61,618 nucleotides of DNA, filler included, from Basidiobolus ranarum (GCA_040143965.1; 17 parts of 17 records of this genome joined end to end with filler, not necessarily neighbours in it), one strand, 5' to 3'. Shown: positions 25,481 through 40,151, counted from the whole stretch's first letter. A program made the numbers and translations. The notes: a model not told the origin generated them from the sequence alone.

Positions 25481-28400
25481 GTCAAAATGGTTCTTTGGCT
25501 CTTTCCGGTGATCTGAGAAACCTGAAGTTATGTACTGTTTGCACACAATTGGCAATCACTGAATCAAGTAAATAATGTTCATGTTTGCATTACATACCAT
25601 TGATTCCCCATCTTAAAGTTTTGATGAAATCACCCAAATATAGATCATTGATCCAATTCCAAAGTACTCACAGTAAATCTGATGGTGTTACCAATATAAT
25701 TGATGGATATCACTACCAGAATCTGAAAATCAAGGTTTCTTTCAGAACTTGTATGATCAAGCATTTGCATTGGCTCTGTATGGTTTCTTACTAAACAAAT
25801 GCACCATTGGAAAAGCTTGCTGTCCAATAATTTTGATTAACTTAAATCTTCATCTTTCTGAACGGTATAAGAATCATAATATATTGATACCATCCATCAT
25901 ATCTGGACCTAAATCACCAGTGCTTATAGATAGCTTCTTGGAGCCTTTGATTGCGGAATTTGAACAGTTCTCTAATGGGGCTCAGATGGGTGAATATTTT
26001 ATTAAAGCTATTATCATTATATGTATTGGTGAAACTCCTGCCATCAGTAAACTTGGAGGTTTTGCAGGCACAATGCACCATCTTGCTGTAGACATTGTCA
26101 AATCAATGGAGTCAACTCTATCAGGCATATGACTTACTACTATCCAAATCCAAAACTAAACTCCACAATTTTACCATCAAGAGCCCAGTCAAGTTTCAAC
26201 ATGATCACTGATGTCAATTCTCCAAATAGTCAGTTTAATATCAAACTTGGTATTAGCCATAAACCTAAGATCATCTTGCTACAGGGGATCAGCTTGAGCC
26301 AGAGCTTCCCATTAGGCACTATGCACTTACTACTCAACAACATTTCAATACTACTTACTCAGCTACATAGGGGAAAATTCAATATGAATGAACCATATAA
26401 GATAGTATCAAAATTTGAATTGATTGGAAAAATTCTTGAAAACATCAAGAAACCATCATATTTTACCAAGACTCCCATCAATATCCAAAAGACTGGAATT
26501 ATGGGATTTGTATATATTGAAGTGGAATCTTGAAAAATTTCTGCCTGATAAGTATTGGCAACATTGGGAGCTGTTTGTAAATATTGTTGATATATTCTTA
26601 TGGCATCAACTCACATTGGCAGGTCTCAGGCAGAGACAGCAACAGTGCAAAGATTTTGTAATATGATATGAAAAAACTTTATTACAAGTTTAAAGAATAT
26701 AGACTGAATCTATGCCAGTATTCAATACATTCCCTGCTGCATCTTTTATAATGTTTAGAGATTATAGGCCCTTGCTATATATTCAGGGAGTTCCCAATGG
26801 AGTGCACCACCAATGAAATGATGCTCCATGTGAAATTGTCAATATTACCATATACCATTCTGTTTAACAATGCAGCAGCAAAATCAGTGATGGATGTAAA
26901 GCAATGGGTTAAGGAGACTCCAGAGTATATTAACCTTCCAGCAAAGGGCTCTTCTCAATATGCTTATGGGTTTTTGCATTTTTGGAGCACAATAACAGCA
27001 ACAGAACCCAATCTATGGACACAGAGTATGTACATTGATAATTCCAACTAATTTGTTTGTGTAATTATCTGACAGTGTTTCTAGGAAAGCTGCAAGACAG
27101 ACTTTGTGGTGAGATAGATTCAGATATGCATAATTATTGTTTTAGCTATAGGTTAATCTATTCAAGCAATGACACATCTAATTGTGGCAGGATATTTGTT
27201 GACTGCAAGTTGGGGATATTTTGGCTGGATTCTTTATGTAAACTTACCAAAATCCAAGAGCTAATTCTCATTGTGAACAGTTACAAGAGTCAGCTATTTG
27301 CCAAAGGTCAGGGCTATTCAAAATTCAGATGTTTAGCAATTTTTCTACCAATAGTTTACTGATAAAGTATATTGATGTTATAGAGTTATGTCTGATCAGT
27401 CAAGTATGTGCATATGCAGAGACTAAACACAACAACATTCTTGTATTTTTTGATTCTCATTGTGGCTGGAATACAAAGCCAAAAACATCTATATAATGGC
27501 ATGCTTATTAATTTGGATTCCTACAGTAGCAAACCCAGTAATTTACCATTTCAAAATTGGCTTTTTGCAGAAATTGCCGGAAATTAAATAATGCTGTAGT
27601 GTTGGAAATATTCCAACAATATCTTGCACATAATAAGTAGGAAGAATATTATCTATTGCTCTCTTATAATATTTTTACAGATCAAGAAAAAGAACAAGAA
27701 TATTAGCTTGCTCAAAGGTGCATCAATACTTAGCTTATTATGGGAACTCTAACTGCAATCAGAAACCCCTGAATTAGAGCTTTGCAACCATACAACAATC
27801 ATAAGTTTTGAGCAACTCTTGGTGGAGCTACAACCATTTCAAAGTTGCCAACACAAAAATCAACACTAGCTTGTATTCAGAACACAGGAATTCAGGACCT
27901 CAAGATGCTCACAACGTTAGTGCTAACTCTTGAGCCAGCCAATGGATTCATTTCAAATCTTGCACAGAGCTGCAGTGATACCTGATGCTAATGTGTTCAA
28001 AGTTTCAAAGCCACAGCTGCTATATCAGTGACCCAATTGGCACTTTGATGCTAAGCCACCCACTCATAGTATTTATTCTCAGCCACCAATTCATAGCATT
28101 TATTCTAAGCTAGTTCTTTATATAAGCAACCCTTCCCCCTAGTGAAAAAGCTTCTAGCCTTAGCACCATCCAAAATTACACCATACTCTATATCCTTTCT
28201 TTAACTAGATACTCTACCCTGTATCATAGTAGGATAATGAAGATTCCTATTGCAACTCAACTAGGCTTGACTATTGATAATTGCAGTTCAGATTCTTTCG
28301 TAGTTATCTTCACTTTTACAGCCATAGGATATATCTAACTCTTAATCAAAGTCTTTGCCAATCTCAAAAGAACTATATCTTTTTCTTCAGACTTCAAGTT

Positions 28401-28828
28401 AGAGAAACCACCAGAGTTTTACCTACCCTTGTAGTATTGAAGATTCTAGATAGTTCCATTATCAGAAATAATCTGGTCATATAGTGTGTCTTTACCCTTT
28501 AAAGATAGAGTGAAGAATATGTCTCTTATCAATATTTTTAAGCTTCCAGTATAAAACATTCAGCTTTGCTGGAGATTTGTAGTGGGATTAAGCTTTAGTT
28601 CTGAATATTTAAGTTAACACCCTTATCCCACACTACAATGCATGCCAAATATGAGGATCAATATTTTAGCATGTATGAACACTGTCAAAATACCATCAAG
28701 AGACCACCATCACACTATCAAAATCCCTAGCAGAATACAAGCCACCAATATTATGATGATTATCTGATGGTTTTGTGATATAGAAGGGTGAATACAATCC
28801 AGATCAAATTGATTTTATTTTGTTAGGG
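25481..28828 (+). mobile_element. Decayed CMC/EnSpm-like (Transposase_21/Tnp2-type) DNA transposon with intact right end
   Basis: Frameshifted transposase with PIILINLNL..ERYK..N..IISGPKSP..DSFLEPL, CIGETPAISKLGG and PLGTMHLL. Terminus TTTTGTTAGGG ends at 28828. Confidence 0.8.
27595..28637. mobile_element. Solo LTR-like insertion (1043 nt) with 4-bp TSD
   Basis: Ends TGTAGTGT...ACACTACA, flanked by an ATGC direct repeat. The empty site is visible in the paralogous copy near 12075-12095. Confidence 0.85.
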
Positions 28829-29109
28829 TTATAAAACATGGGATTTTTACCTAATTCAATATAACTCTGATAATCTTGATATATTGTAATTGGTCAATTT
28901 TGAGAATAATCTAAATCTGTTAAGAGTTTGCTTAACCATATTGCTTCTTTTGTTGCTTCACAGGCAGTCATGTATTCAGCTTCTGTTGTTGAAAGTGCTA
29001 CAGTAGGTTNNNNNNNNNNNNNNNNNNNNNNNNNNNNNNNNNNNNNNNNNNNNTTAATTAATTAANNNNNNNNNNNNNNNNNNNNNNNNNNNNNNNNNNN
29101 NNNNNNNNN

Positions 29110-32043
29110 AGCCAGTTGCAACTACTCTTTCTTTGTACCTCGCTATGGTTACATCAGCATGGTCTTTGACTTTGTGGACCCATTTGCAACCTATTGGTTT
29201 TCTACCTGATGGTAGAGGCCTGAAAACCCACCATTTATTTTGCAGAAGTGAAGAAAACTCAGTAGACAATGCTTTTTCTACTCATTTTAATTCTAGACAC
29301 TTCAGAGCTTGATCTTGTGTCTGTGGCTTGTCACAGAATGCTGCATAAGAATAAGCATGATGATTGGAAGTGTCCCACCAGTTTCCTAGCCTATTTCTCC
29401 TTCTTGACGATCTTCCAGGTTCTGAATCATCCTCTGATGTAATTGAGACTTGAATTTTGGTTGAATAGGCCCACACACAGCTGGAATTAAGTCAGACACT
29501 TCCTGAATAGTGCTGATTGTGTTTTCTGGATTGAGCACTGTGATTTGAGGAGAAAAATTTGCTTATTCATCAAAAATGACAACTCAGCACTTAATTAACT
29601 TCTGCTTTTTGGTATCAAATAGTCAATATGCCACAGCTCCATCACAGTAACTAAGAAATATGCATTTTCTGCTTTGGGGTTCCAATTTAGAGCTTGCTTC
29701 AGCTGCCATTAGGCAATATGCTGTGCAACCAAAGATCCTGAGATGATCCACACTTGATCATGATCCATATAGGGCTTCAAATGGAGTTGAATCTTTTAGC
29801 AATCTTGTTGGGCATCTTTTTTGATATAGACTGCAGTGGAGACAGTTTAACCCCAATATTGATAATCTTACTTTTGATCATATAACATCAATCTTACCAT
29901 CTCCACTATGGTCCTATTAGCACATTATGCAACTCCATTTTGCTATGGAGTATAAGGTACAGTAGTCAGTTGCCTAATTCCATGTTTTGAACAAAACCTA
30001 GTAAAGTCTTTAGAGCAGTATTCTCCACCATTATTACTCCTTAGTAATCTTATTTTTTGTGCTGAATCTTTCTCTACTATTGCTTAGTAGTGCTTTAATG
30101 TATCTAAGGCTTCAGATTTTAATTTGAGAAAAAATACCCAATTATATCTTTTTTTGTCATCAATATAGGTCACAAAATACCTTTTCCCACCTAGTGAGAC
30201 AGTTTCATGAGCCCACATAGGTCAGAATAAATCAAGGCAAAATTCTGAGTGGATTTATCTCTTCAGAGCTTGAAGACAGCTGTCAATGATGTTTTCCATT
30301 TACTCAACCTTCACACAGATCCAATATAGTGATATTCTTAATTTCAAAGCTGAAACAAGCCAATTTCAGATCATTTGGGTCAGTTTTTGTTCCCTAATGT
30401 GACTTACTCTTCTATTCCACATTTGACATCTTATTTGACTGGTTTTGGCCAAGCTTGCATGCTAAGAATGCAATTTGTCAATTACTAGCTTCTAAAAGTT
30501 TGAGTATTGATCACAGTAGTTAATTTGGTGATATTCTGATCCATGATAGTGCCTCCAGCCTTGCAGAACACAGAATTTAGTCCTTGACCTATTGCTTGGC
30601 TTACTGAGAGTAGTTTCTTGGCTATGTTTGCTACATAAAGCTCATCATCCAATTTTGCTGATGGTGTAGCTGAATTTTGGTCTAAACTGAGCACATCTGT
30701 TACTGTACCAACAGCATGTAATGCATAGTCTTCACCCAAGTAGACTATCCTTGTTTAGATTGTTTTAGAGCTGGAAAACTAATCTGTCTTCTTTGACATA
30801 TGTTGGGAGGCTTCTGAAGCAATGTACCATGTTTCTGAGTCTTCTTTAGTGGTTACTGATAGGGCAGACACAGATAGATGGTCCCTATCAGAGCTTTCTT
30901 GATTTGCTTGTTCCAATTGTAGCTTTTGGGCAAAAAATTCTTTTTCTACAATCTTTGATTCAATGGCCTGGTTTCTTGCAATACTTGCTGATGATTGATT
31001 TCCTATTGAGGGCACCATTATTGAAGCCTCTTGGAATTTTACAGCTCCAAAAAATGCCTGATCTGCATTATTTTGCTGAGAATTGGATGACCTCAATTCC
31101 TCCTTGAGAAGCCTAGCACCAATGTATTCTGTTGTTAATGGCTCTGATCTTGATTCTAGAGCAATTATGAGGTTCCCAAACTTCTCTGCCAGGCTGCCAA
31201 GCAGTGTCATTACTAAGTCATCTTCATTTAGAGGTGCTCCAATGGAGAGCTGATCTGCCTTAGTTTTTATCCAATTTATGTTATTAAGCATAAAATCATC
31301 AGAATTCATCTGAATTGTGAATAGTTTTCACCTAAGAGATATCCTATTAGCCAGACCTTTACTGTCATATAGTCCCTCAAGTGTTTCCCCAGCATTTTGG
31401 ATATTTTTGGCTGATTGTATTTACCTCAATTGAAAGTGTCTGAAATGTAGACAAAGTGTAGAGAGTGCTTTCCTCTGCTTCTTGTGGAAGGCATGAATAG
31501 CTTCTGCTGGTCCCTTTGGCTCTATTTCTTCTCCTGTAACAGATGCCACAAGATCCTTCTCTTATAGCACCATTTGCATCTTGAACTTCCAGAGGTGGAA
31601 GTCTTCACCATTAAACTTCTCTGTGGATGCATGCGCATTGGTAATTGTACTAGTAGACATTTGTTTAATAGCTAGCTTGGGGTTAATAACCTGAAAAAAG
31701 TTTTTAGGCGATTCAAAAGTATTTTGAACAAGATTTAGATTTGAAAATTAGACACTTAGGTGCTATTGAATTGAATATATCCTAGGTATAGCTTACTATG
31801 AAATAGGAATATTGCATGTGCTTATATGATAACAAACATGCCTGTCAAGCATGGGTGAGAAATTGAGATGATTTGCAGAAGTTTTTGAGAAAATAGTGAA
31901 AATTGATAAAAGTGATCTAATTGGTATATCTATCAATTAGAGCAATAAACACATGTTTTTGAATGCAAAAATTGAGTGCAATATAATCAGAATATCAATA
32001 AACTAACTACAAAATTAATAGTTGCTATTTACCTATTTCAACA
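29110..32043 (-). mobile_element. Decayed Ty1/copia element: LTR 31692-32043, PBS, gag-pol up to the start of RT
   Basis: PBS-like GGTTATTAACCC, gag EKFNGEDFHLWKFKMQMVL, protease WYIASEASQHM, RT start LPSGRKPIGCKWV..ARYKERVVA. Confidence 0.85.
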
Positions 32044-32085
32044 GAAGGTGGCTTCAGAAGAAGAACATTTAACTTGGCACTCTGT

Positions 32086-32635
32086 CTAGTGTTTACCTTG
32101 CTCATAGCTGGGAAGAACATAATACAGAGTGGCACAATATTGCTTGGTATCTGCCAGATACCTGGAAGACAGTGGATTGAGTAACATTAATGTAATAGTG
32201 GGCTTTGATGGAGATATTAACTCAAACTTGTGCTTATGAAGCATAGGATTTGTTGGTTTCAGCTCTTCAGCAACACTGTTCAGGGATATTGGCTTCATAG
32301 ATGCTTAGAGGATTTGGGCTGATGATGGGTTGAATACTTTGCAGGTGAGCAGATATGTACTAGGAGGTGGAGTTTGCCTGAACGTGATAATATTCTTCTT
32401 CCAGTTGATTACTGGGTTGTGCTGCATAAGCCATGAGATACCAAGGATGACTGGATGGTGAGATGAAGAAATGATATTAATGGCTATTTCTTCTTGATGA
32501 GCAGTGGACATGAGTGTCATAAAGGTTGTCTCATGTGTTACAGCACCTGATGATAGCGGCCTTCCATCAATTACTTCTACAAAGACTGGACTAGATTTCT
32601 TGATTGTTGGGATAGAGTGGGATTTGACAAAGGCA
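32086..32635 (-). mobile_element. Ty3/gypsy aspartic protease region fragment
   Basis: VEVIDGRPLSSGAVTHET...HPVILGISWLMQHNPVINW. The downstream part is homologous to about 13450-13600. Confidence 0.8.
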
Positions 32636-35600
32636 NNNNNNNNNNNNNNNNNNNNNNNNNNNNNNNNNNNNNNNNNNNNTTAATTAATTAANNNNNNNNN
32701 NNNNNNNNNNNNNNNNNNNNNNNNNNNNNNNNNNNACCATATTACTGGTGGTCCGGTTTCAGCCGATGATTAGACCATCGTGAGTGGCAACTAAATTAGA
32801 TCCGACCTAGAACTTGCCATATGGGTATTCTTCAGCTTGGTGGCAGTGATTTTGGGTATCTTTCTCCTCCCCTCTCCCCCACAATTTCCTTATTTTCCTT
32901 CGCCATCCGACTGTCTTTCAGACCAGGTTGATTGGATACGAGTAATATTCTCTATTGATACTGTCCAATCACCAACTTCGATCTGTGGAGTAGTCAGCGA
33001 TTGGATTAAATTCTAGCTGATGGATATGGAGGATTACAACAGGCAAATCCTGGATTCAGTAATATGGATATCCATACTGTATCCGTGCGCTGACGTAAGA
33101 AAACTCAACAGATATATTTGTTGATGGGTTTCATCAGTACGGCTTAGAAGGCCAACAGAGTCTAAGTAAATTTCCTAGTCCCCCATTGGAGCTGCAGAAA
33201 AGTATATTCGAGGTATCCAACATCAGATTCCAAATTGGAATGGCTGGTGGAGTAGATTCTCCAATGACTTATGACAGATGGATTTCTCACTCAGTGTAAT
33301 GAAGAATAGTTGCTAGAGTAAATATAGATCTTGTGCTGCCTCAAAGAATGCTGTACTTGGTAAGAAGAGATCTTGTTTATACTGGTTCTGACAAGGCGCA
33401 AAGGAACAAGAATGAAGGCCTAGACTCCTTCAAAATACAATATGAATGAAGTGCTTAACGAAATGAAGTTTCATAGTCAACATTAAAATTCAAGTTATTA
33501 AACAAGGTCAATGCTAGTAAAACACTACCATTTCAAAATAGTTCATAATCATGGGTGCTGTTGATTATCATTTGTAGATTATTAACTTGTACTTAGTTAC
33601 TTGTCTGGTGACAACAGTTCAAGCCTTATAGAGTTTATATGAAAGCTGGATTTTGTAAACAATATGGCTATATTTAGTAGTAATGTGATAAACAGAATCC
33701 ATGAAATTTTGGATTCCACTTTAACGTTATTAGCTATAGATACACATTGCTCCTTAATCACTCTATCGGTCCGATATTACATTGTGAAAAATACCAGCTG
33801 AAAATTCATATTAGTTACACATCATAGAATACATTTGTGCACAATGGCTTGAATCATTATCTGTCTATATACTTCTATCAAAGTTCAATCCTTTGCTAAC
33901 GATGTATAGCTTGGATTATATTTACGATTAAATGTGAGCAGGCTATTGGATACGTTACAGTCAGACAGCTTTCTAACTATGAACAAACCTATTTGTGATG
34001 ATTTCAAAAGGTTGAAGGGAATCGATTGAAATATTTTCTTTTTAATGATTCAATTATGACATGTCCTAATTATATTCCATTCATACCAAGGGAGATCCAA
34101 TCTGTTTAGTTTTCGATAGGTTGGCGCATTTGATGCCTTTTTATCATTACCTGGATTTCAACCTGGTTGCTATTAGCTTGACTTGTGAAATACTGGCATT
34201 AAATATGTTAAACAACATCCATCAAGCTTAAAATACTTGACTCAACTAATTCAATCAATTCTAGTATTCACTGTACTTCGGTTGAATTGGAAGTTTAGTT
34301 ACTCGGAGGAAACGCACGAGTTGCATTGGATTAAAAATGGATATTTCAGTTATTGGGGAATAGTGGTGCCCATAGTATGTTGGCATTCTTACGATACCAA
34401 TAGTTTTGGTATTTGAACTACTTAATAAAAGTATTCTGTTGAGCCTATCTACATCCAACCTGGGTATGCTTTTAGCTGGTCAAACGTCGAGTCGAGATAT
34501 ATCAAATGCCCAAAATATATATGTATACTCAACGCTAGGATATCTGCAGTCTTCTACATTACCTATGCTCATACATCCTGTGTTTTCCAAGTGCGATTGC
34601 GGGTATATTCCGTACAACGCTAGTGCTTACTCTCTACAAATAAGAAAAGGCTGTTTGGGATTCTATTCCATGATAGATTTAGAATATACTTGGCTATCAA
34701 TACTGAATTCCTTGAAGGTGTTGAACTAATGCAGATACAACCACGGCATATAGTGATTCGGAATCTGTATAGAAGATTTACAATGAGTTCATACTGAAAA
34801 AGCATATAAATTTCTTATACTGTCAGTGGTACATTTAAAATATGGCTTTTATTTATAGGAAAAGAATTATCAGGCTCATTATACATGATCCAACTTATGT
34901 CAGTATATCCACAAGAAAAGCCAATACCAGCTTATCATTACCAAGTGTGTACTCTATTTGTAATTGGTGTGAGTACTTTTATTATCATAATCTGTAATCC
35001 ATTCTTTTACTTCCACTTCAATTCATGCCATTATTATTTCATTCTAGAGCTATAAACTGTTGGAGTTAATGGGTCCTACAAGTTGTTTATCTCTATCTTT
35101 ATTCACCGAACTATATCATACATCACAACCAAGTTGGTTACCAATATTTAGACTAATATCACTTGATTCAGTATTGGTACCTATATCTTGAAGATATGTG
35201 AGCTACTCAAGAATTTGGAATGTTGGACTCTCCCGTTCAAAGTCATCCAAATTTCCTGCGAGATTGCACATTAGATTCCTACAGATACTTGGAAACCAAA
35301 ATTGCACTGCTCAGTGTCCACTTTCTCATCAAACAATATAAATATTATATGATTTATCAAGAAATAATACATCCATAACTTACAGTACTCCCATTTCTAA
35401 ATATTCCTTGGCACCACATCAAATTCTCATCATATACATCATTTTTGCATATACCATGATTAACCCACTCATGATACGTATACCAAACATTAAATAAGCT
35501 ACAATTAGATTAAACAATCAAAAAGTAGTAATTGTCATACTTATTATCCTATATCCCTCGGATTATGGTCTATACTAGGACACTAATTTTCTAGCAATCT

Positions 35601-37049
35601 GCTTCGTTCACACTATAATATAACTAGCTAATTTTATTTTGGTAATGGAATTATGCAAAATCACATGCACTTCCATCCGCTGTAAAGAATTACTGTATGG
35701 CCCAAACACTAAACATTATGCTAGCTGAATTCCTGCAACCTTAAGGAAAAAGCATGTGGACTCTTCTACAGACATATTGTTAATACACAACTGAAATATG
35801 TTCAAAACATAAGTGAAGGCAGAGCAAACCATTGACAGCTTGGACAGTGCCAAATCTCCTCATACTTTGCTACAAAACCCAATACAGATATGTTGTCCAT
35901 GAGTGAATCTACATTTTCATTGCTAATGTTACTGTTGTGTCCAAGAGAAAAGTGGATAAAAAGTCTTGAACTTTACTGAACCAAAGAAACAGTTAAGTGC
36001 AGAATCTTAGAACTGTTTAAGCAGGGTTTATCAGCAGAGCAGATCTAACTAATATATGTCTTGGGAATAGCAGTGGGTTGCTATGTTATGATAGAGAGTA
36101 GGTTTGCTAGGCAGCTAGGCTTGGTGTTCTGTAGGTGCTAGTCAATACTAGGCTTGGATAGAAATGAGGGGGAATATGGAATTTGTTGAGAAACACTGAG
36201 AAATGTTGAGATCCTATATTTGTTGAGACACACACTCAACCAAAAGGGTCAGGTAGCTTTNNNNNNNNNNNNNNNNNNNNNNNNNNNNNNNNNNNNNNNN
36301 NNNNTTAATTAATTAANNNNNNNNNNNNNNNNNNNNNNNNNNNNNNNNNNNNNNNNNNNNTGGTACAACCAATGATTTCACTTCAATCATCATGTTACCA
36401 TAAGAACAATCCATAGGGATCTGCTAGAATTTTTAGTAAGGGCCAATGATCTCCAAATATTGTGAAAGATGTAGGAGGGTATATATGAAATACTGGCATA
36501 TATTTAGTCAATCTATGATGAAGCTTCTTGCATTCAATCATAAAATCTGTACAAAGCGACTGTAGTAAGGCAGTGTTGCTACCCAGTGGTAGGTTAACTT
36601 ATTTGCACATCTAGTTCACATCATTGATATCTGTCTATCTTTATTTTGTTATCTTTATTGGATTTAGTCTTGTTTTTTAGCCATGCAACTTACACTATTG
36701 GTACTATCCCCTAGTATATGATACTTACTAGTGTTAACATATACCTGCCCTCTAATTGTCTGGAAATCAAATAATTGTCCAGAGCTTTCCATACTATATA
36801 TGAAATAATTAAAAAGTGATTTGATAATAATCAATGTAAACAAGATTCTACTCAAATCTTGCATGACTTTCTGTACTATTCTACAACTTTTGGGAACATA
36901 TTATGAATTACTACTCCTATGACCAATAGTGACATCTTATCCCCAGATTCTCATCAATAGACTTTGCTGGAATTTACAGAAACTCTCATTAGTAATCCAC
37001 CCAATCTTCAGTAAAGTGTAAATAGAGCTATATCTCTTCAATAAAAATC

Positions 37050-39885
37050 CACTGAATTTATTATTGCCTACATACTATATAGTCATAAATAGCAAAGCAT
37101 TCAGTTATGTTACACTTTCACTAAGAATTTACCATTATCCTCAAATGGAATTTAGCTGGAACATTTTTTCCTACTTAAAAGTTCTCAGATACTGGAATTT
37201 TCAAACTTGTGCTAAAAGTTACACCACTTGTACACATGTTCCTGGGACCTTTATTAACACATTTTTGTTGTCTGGTTTGTATCTTCACAAAACTGCAAAT
37301 GTCAGCTTACATTAATATGTGAAAACTATCAATTCCTCTGATTTTCCAAGCCACTTACACCAGGCTCCCAAATACTTTAGCAGGCTATGTGCCTAACGCT
37401 TTCACCATGTATAATGCACACTTCTCATATTTCTGGAACTTTTCCCTCTACTGAAAAATTTGATGGAACTTAACATCAAGTATAGAAATATATGATAAAC
37501 ATGTTGTTGCATGAAAAAGGGCTTTTGGACACTGTTGTAGGAAACATGAGCAATGCAAAACTATCCAGTACCAAAGCTTAACTTGGGGTTAAAAAGAATG
37601 TAGTGCCTTTATCACAATAATATCTTTTTGTCAAAGACAAATTGCTAGTTGATTGTTCAGGAGCCAAAACTGCCAGTAAGACATGGAAAGCCTTGGAAGA
37701 CACCTACCTAATATGTTCTGCTGCTAAGAATAAGTTTTTAAGAAGACAATTCTGTAAGTTAAGCAGCAAGCCAGGAGATGACATTAAATTACTAATAAAC
37801 AGAGTCACTCTTGGAGTGGGTGCAATGGAATTCATTGGAATACCTAATACTAATTAGGATCTAGCAGTTGCAGTCTTGAATAGTGTGCCATGTATGATTT
37901 AGTGCCTAGAGGTGGCTCTAGAACCAAGAACCAAAAGTTGTCCTTAGATTTTCCCTTCTTGGCAGACTCCTGGATGGGGATCCACACACATTAGGATAGA
38001 CCCAATGAATGACGAAATTTCTTTAGTAGGCTTTGGGAAAATTTCCAGTAACAGTTAAAAGAACATGTAAAAGAAAAGTTATATACTCTGTTATTACTGT
38101 AAAAAAGCAGGCTACTGAAGTGAAAATTGCTTAAATACAATTGAATGAGAGGATAAATGTACTGAATCTGGAATTGTGTTCATATCTTCTCCATTTATGA
38201 CTGCTAATGAGGATTCTCACAGCTTGTATATTTAATCTGGAACCTTGCAACATTTCATAAATGAAAAACACTGGAGTGTGTATTAGGAAGAAATGCCAAT
38301 TGGAAAGGTTTTTAGGCTGATGACCATGCATTTGATGGCATTGGAATGGGAACAATGCAAGCCTATTTCACTGGTGCCTCTGATGACAAAATGCATACTT
38401 TTAAGGATATATCACATGTTTCAGATATTGCCAAGAACTTAATATCCCTATATAAGGCTACCTCAGAAGTGCTAAAATTCAATTTTATAAGTTGTGGTGC
38501 ACCATCACTGATCTAAATGGGAGTCATTTTGCTCTAGGAGAAATAGTTCAGAGCTAATACCGAGATATTTTTATAATTCTATGGGTAAGTAGAAGTTGTT
38601 CCAACCAATAAACTATTGAATTATGGTTTAAGAGATTTGTATTTGTTGGATTTAATTATTTGACCAAAATGAATAAAATTTGCTTAAGTTCTGAAAACCA
38701 ACTGATCCCCCCCACCAAAATAAAAAAATATGAGGGTTGTATATATATTAAAGAAGTCAGGCAACTGTTCAAGAACCCTGGTTTAATCAATTCTGTTAAA
38801 AATTCGATCTAATTTATTCAGATTTGTTGCACCTAAGCAAAATTTATCTTTGGGAGGAAAAAATATTTCTTCACATTTATTGATGATTATACAACATTCA
38901 CTAAAGTCTACTTTATGTAAAGAAAAGAAGATGTACTCACTATCTTTAGAGATCTTAAATCACTCATGGAGACTGAAACTGCAACTAGAATTAAGAAAGT
39001 ACACACAGATAATAATGGAGCATAACTTTCAACCCTGTTTAATCACTTTTGCAATATTTATGGAGTTGAGCAAAAAACTATTGCCCCTGATTCACCTGAA
39101 CAAAATTTAGTTACCAAAAGAGCTGACAGAACTATAATTGAAATTGCAAGATCTATGATAAGTGCACAAACTTTATCCTATAAATGTTGGGTGGAATCAG
39201 TGATGACAGCTGTATATCTGAGGCATAGGAGTCTGTCAAGTGCTACACCAAATCAAACTTGGCTTGAAGTTAAACCTAATGTTAAACATTTATGGGTCTT
39301 TGAATACATTACTTAAGTTAAAATTATGACCAAAAATTGGTTGAAACTTAATCTAGAAAGCAACAAATTCATTTTTCTGGGCTATTGTATGCAACTACAG
39401 CCTTCAGAATCTGCAATACTAAAATTTCACAGTTAATCAAGTCCAGAGATGTTTTGTTTGTGAGAAATAAATGATGTTTGCCTAAAAGAATCTCAAATTA
39501 TCATTGAAATCAGTCTTCTCCTGATCTAATCAATCAAATTGAATGAAATATAAATAACTAGAAAATAGCATTCTTGCAAACCCTTCAAACAAAATGTTTC
39601 TTACACAAGTACCCAATACAATGCAACTAGCTGTAGTACCTATATCCAGAACCAGGAGATTAAGTTTAACCAGATATGGCCCTGACTACTCTTTTAGTGA
39701 GACCCATAATTGAGTGATGAGTTCCAGTCTTTGACTAATAATCAAATGTGAATTTTGTCAACTAGCTTACTGATAGAAAATCAATTGGCTACCAATGGGT
39801 ATTCAAATTTAAATATAACTCCAATGGCTTTATAGAAAGGTATAAGGCAAGACTACTAGCCAACAACTATTATAAGCACCAGGAT
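37050..39885 (+). mobile_element. Heavily decayed copia element: family A LTR about 37050-37382, then gag-pol
   Basis: LTR followed by a degenerate PBS GGCTATGTGCC. Collinear with the better-preserved copy at 55294-57768. Confidence 0.85.
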
Positions 39886-39986
39886 NNNNNNNNNNNNNNN
39901 NNNNNNNNNNNNNNNNNNNNNNNNNNNNNTTAATTAATTAANNNNNNNNNNNNNNNNNNNNNNNNNNNNNNNNNNNNNNNNNNNNA

Positions 39987-40151
39987 TTGAAGAAGCAACT
40001 CGGCAACAAGTATGCCAGCTACAAGTACGATCTTGCTAAGAAGTACATGGCTGGTCAAGTGTCTGGTAAGGATGAAGACTATGCTGACTTCTTGACTACC
40101 TTGATCTATGATGAGATTACCACTCTTCCTACCAACAAATCCAAACTTTAA
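39987..40151 (+). CDS. MLS1: Peroxisomal malate synthase, C-terminal end
   Basis: LKKQLGNKYASYKYDLAKKYMAGQVSGKDEDYADFLTTLIYDEITTLPTNKSKL*. Contains the FLTTL.YDEI motif and the PTS1 signal SKL. Confidence 0.85.
   Translation: MKKQLGNKYASYKYDLAKKYMAGQVSGKDEDYADFLTTLIYDEITTLPTNKSKL

Noticed and set aside
32736-35900. Possible gene remnants in this contig
   Set aside because: No recognisable motif or consistent exon chain on either strand.
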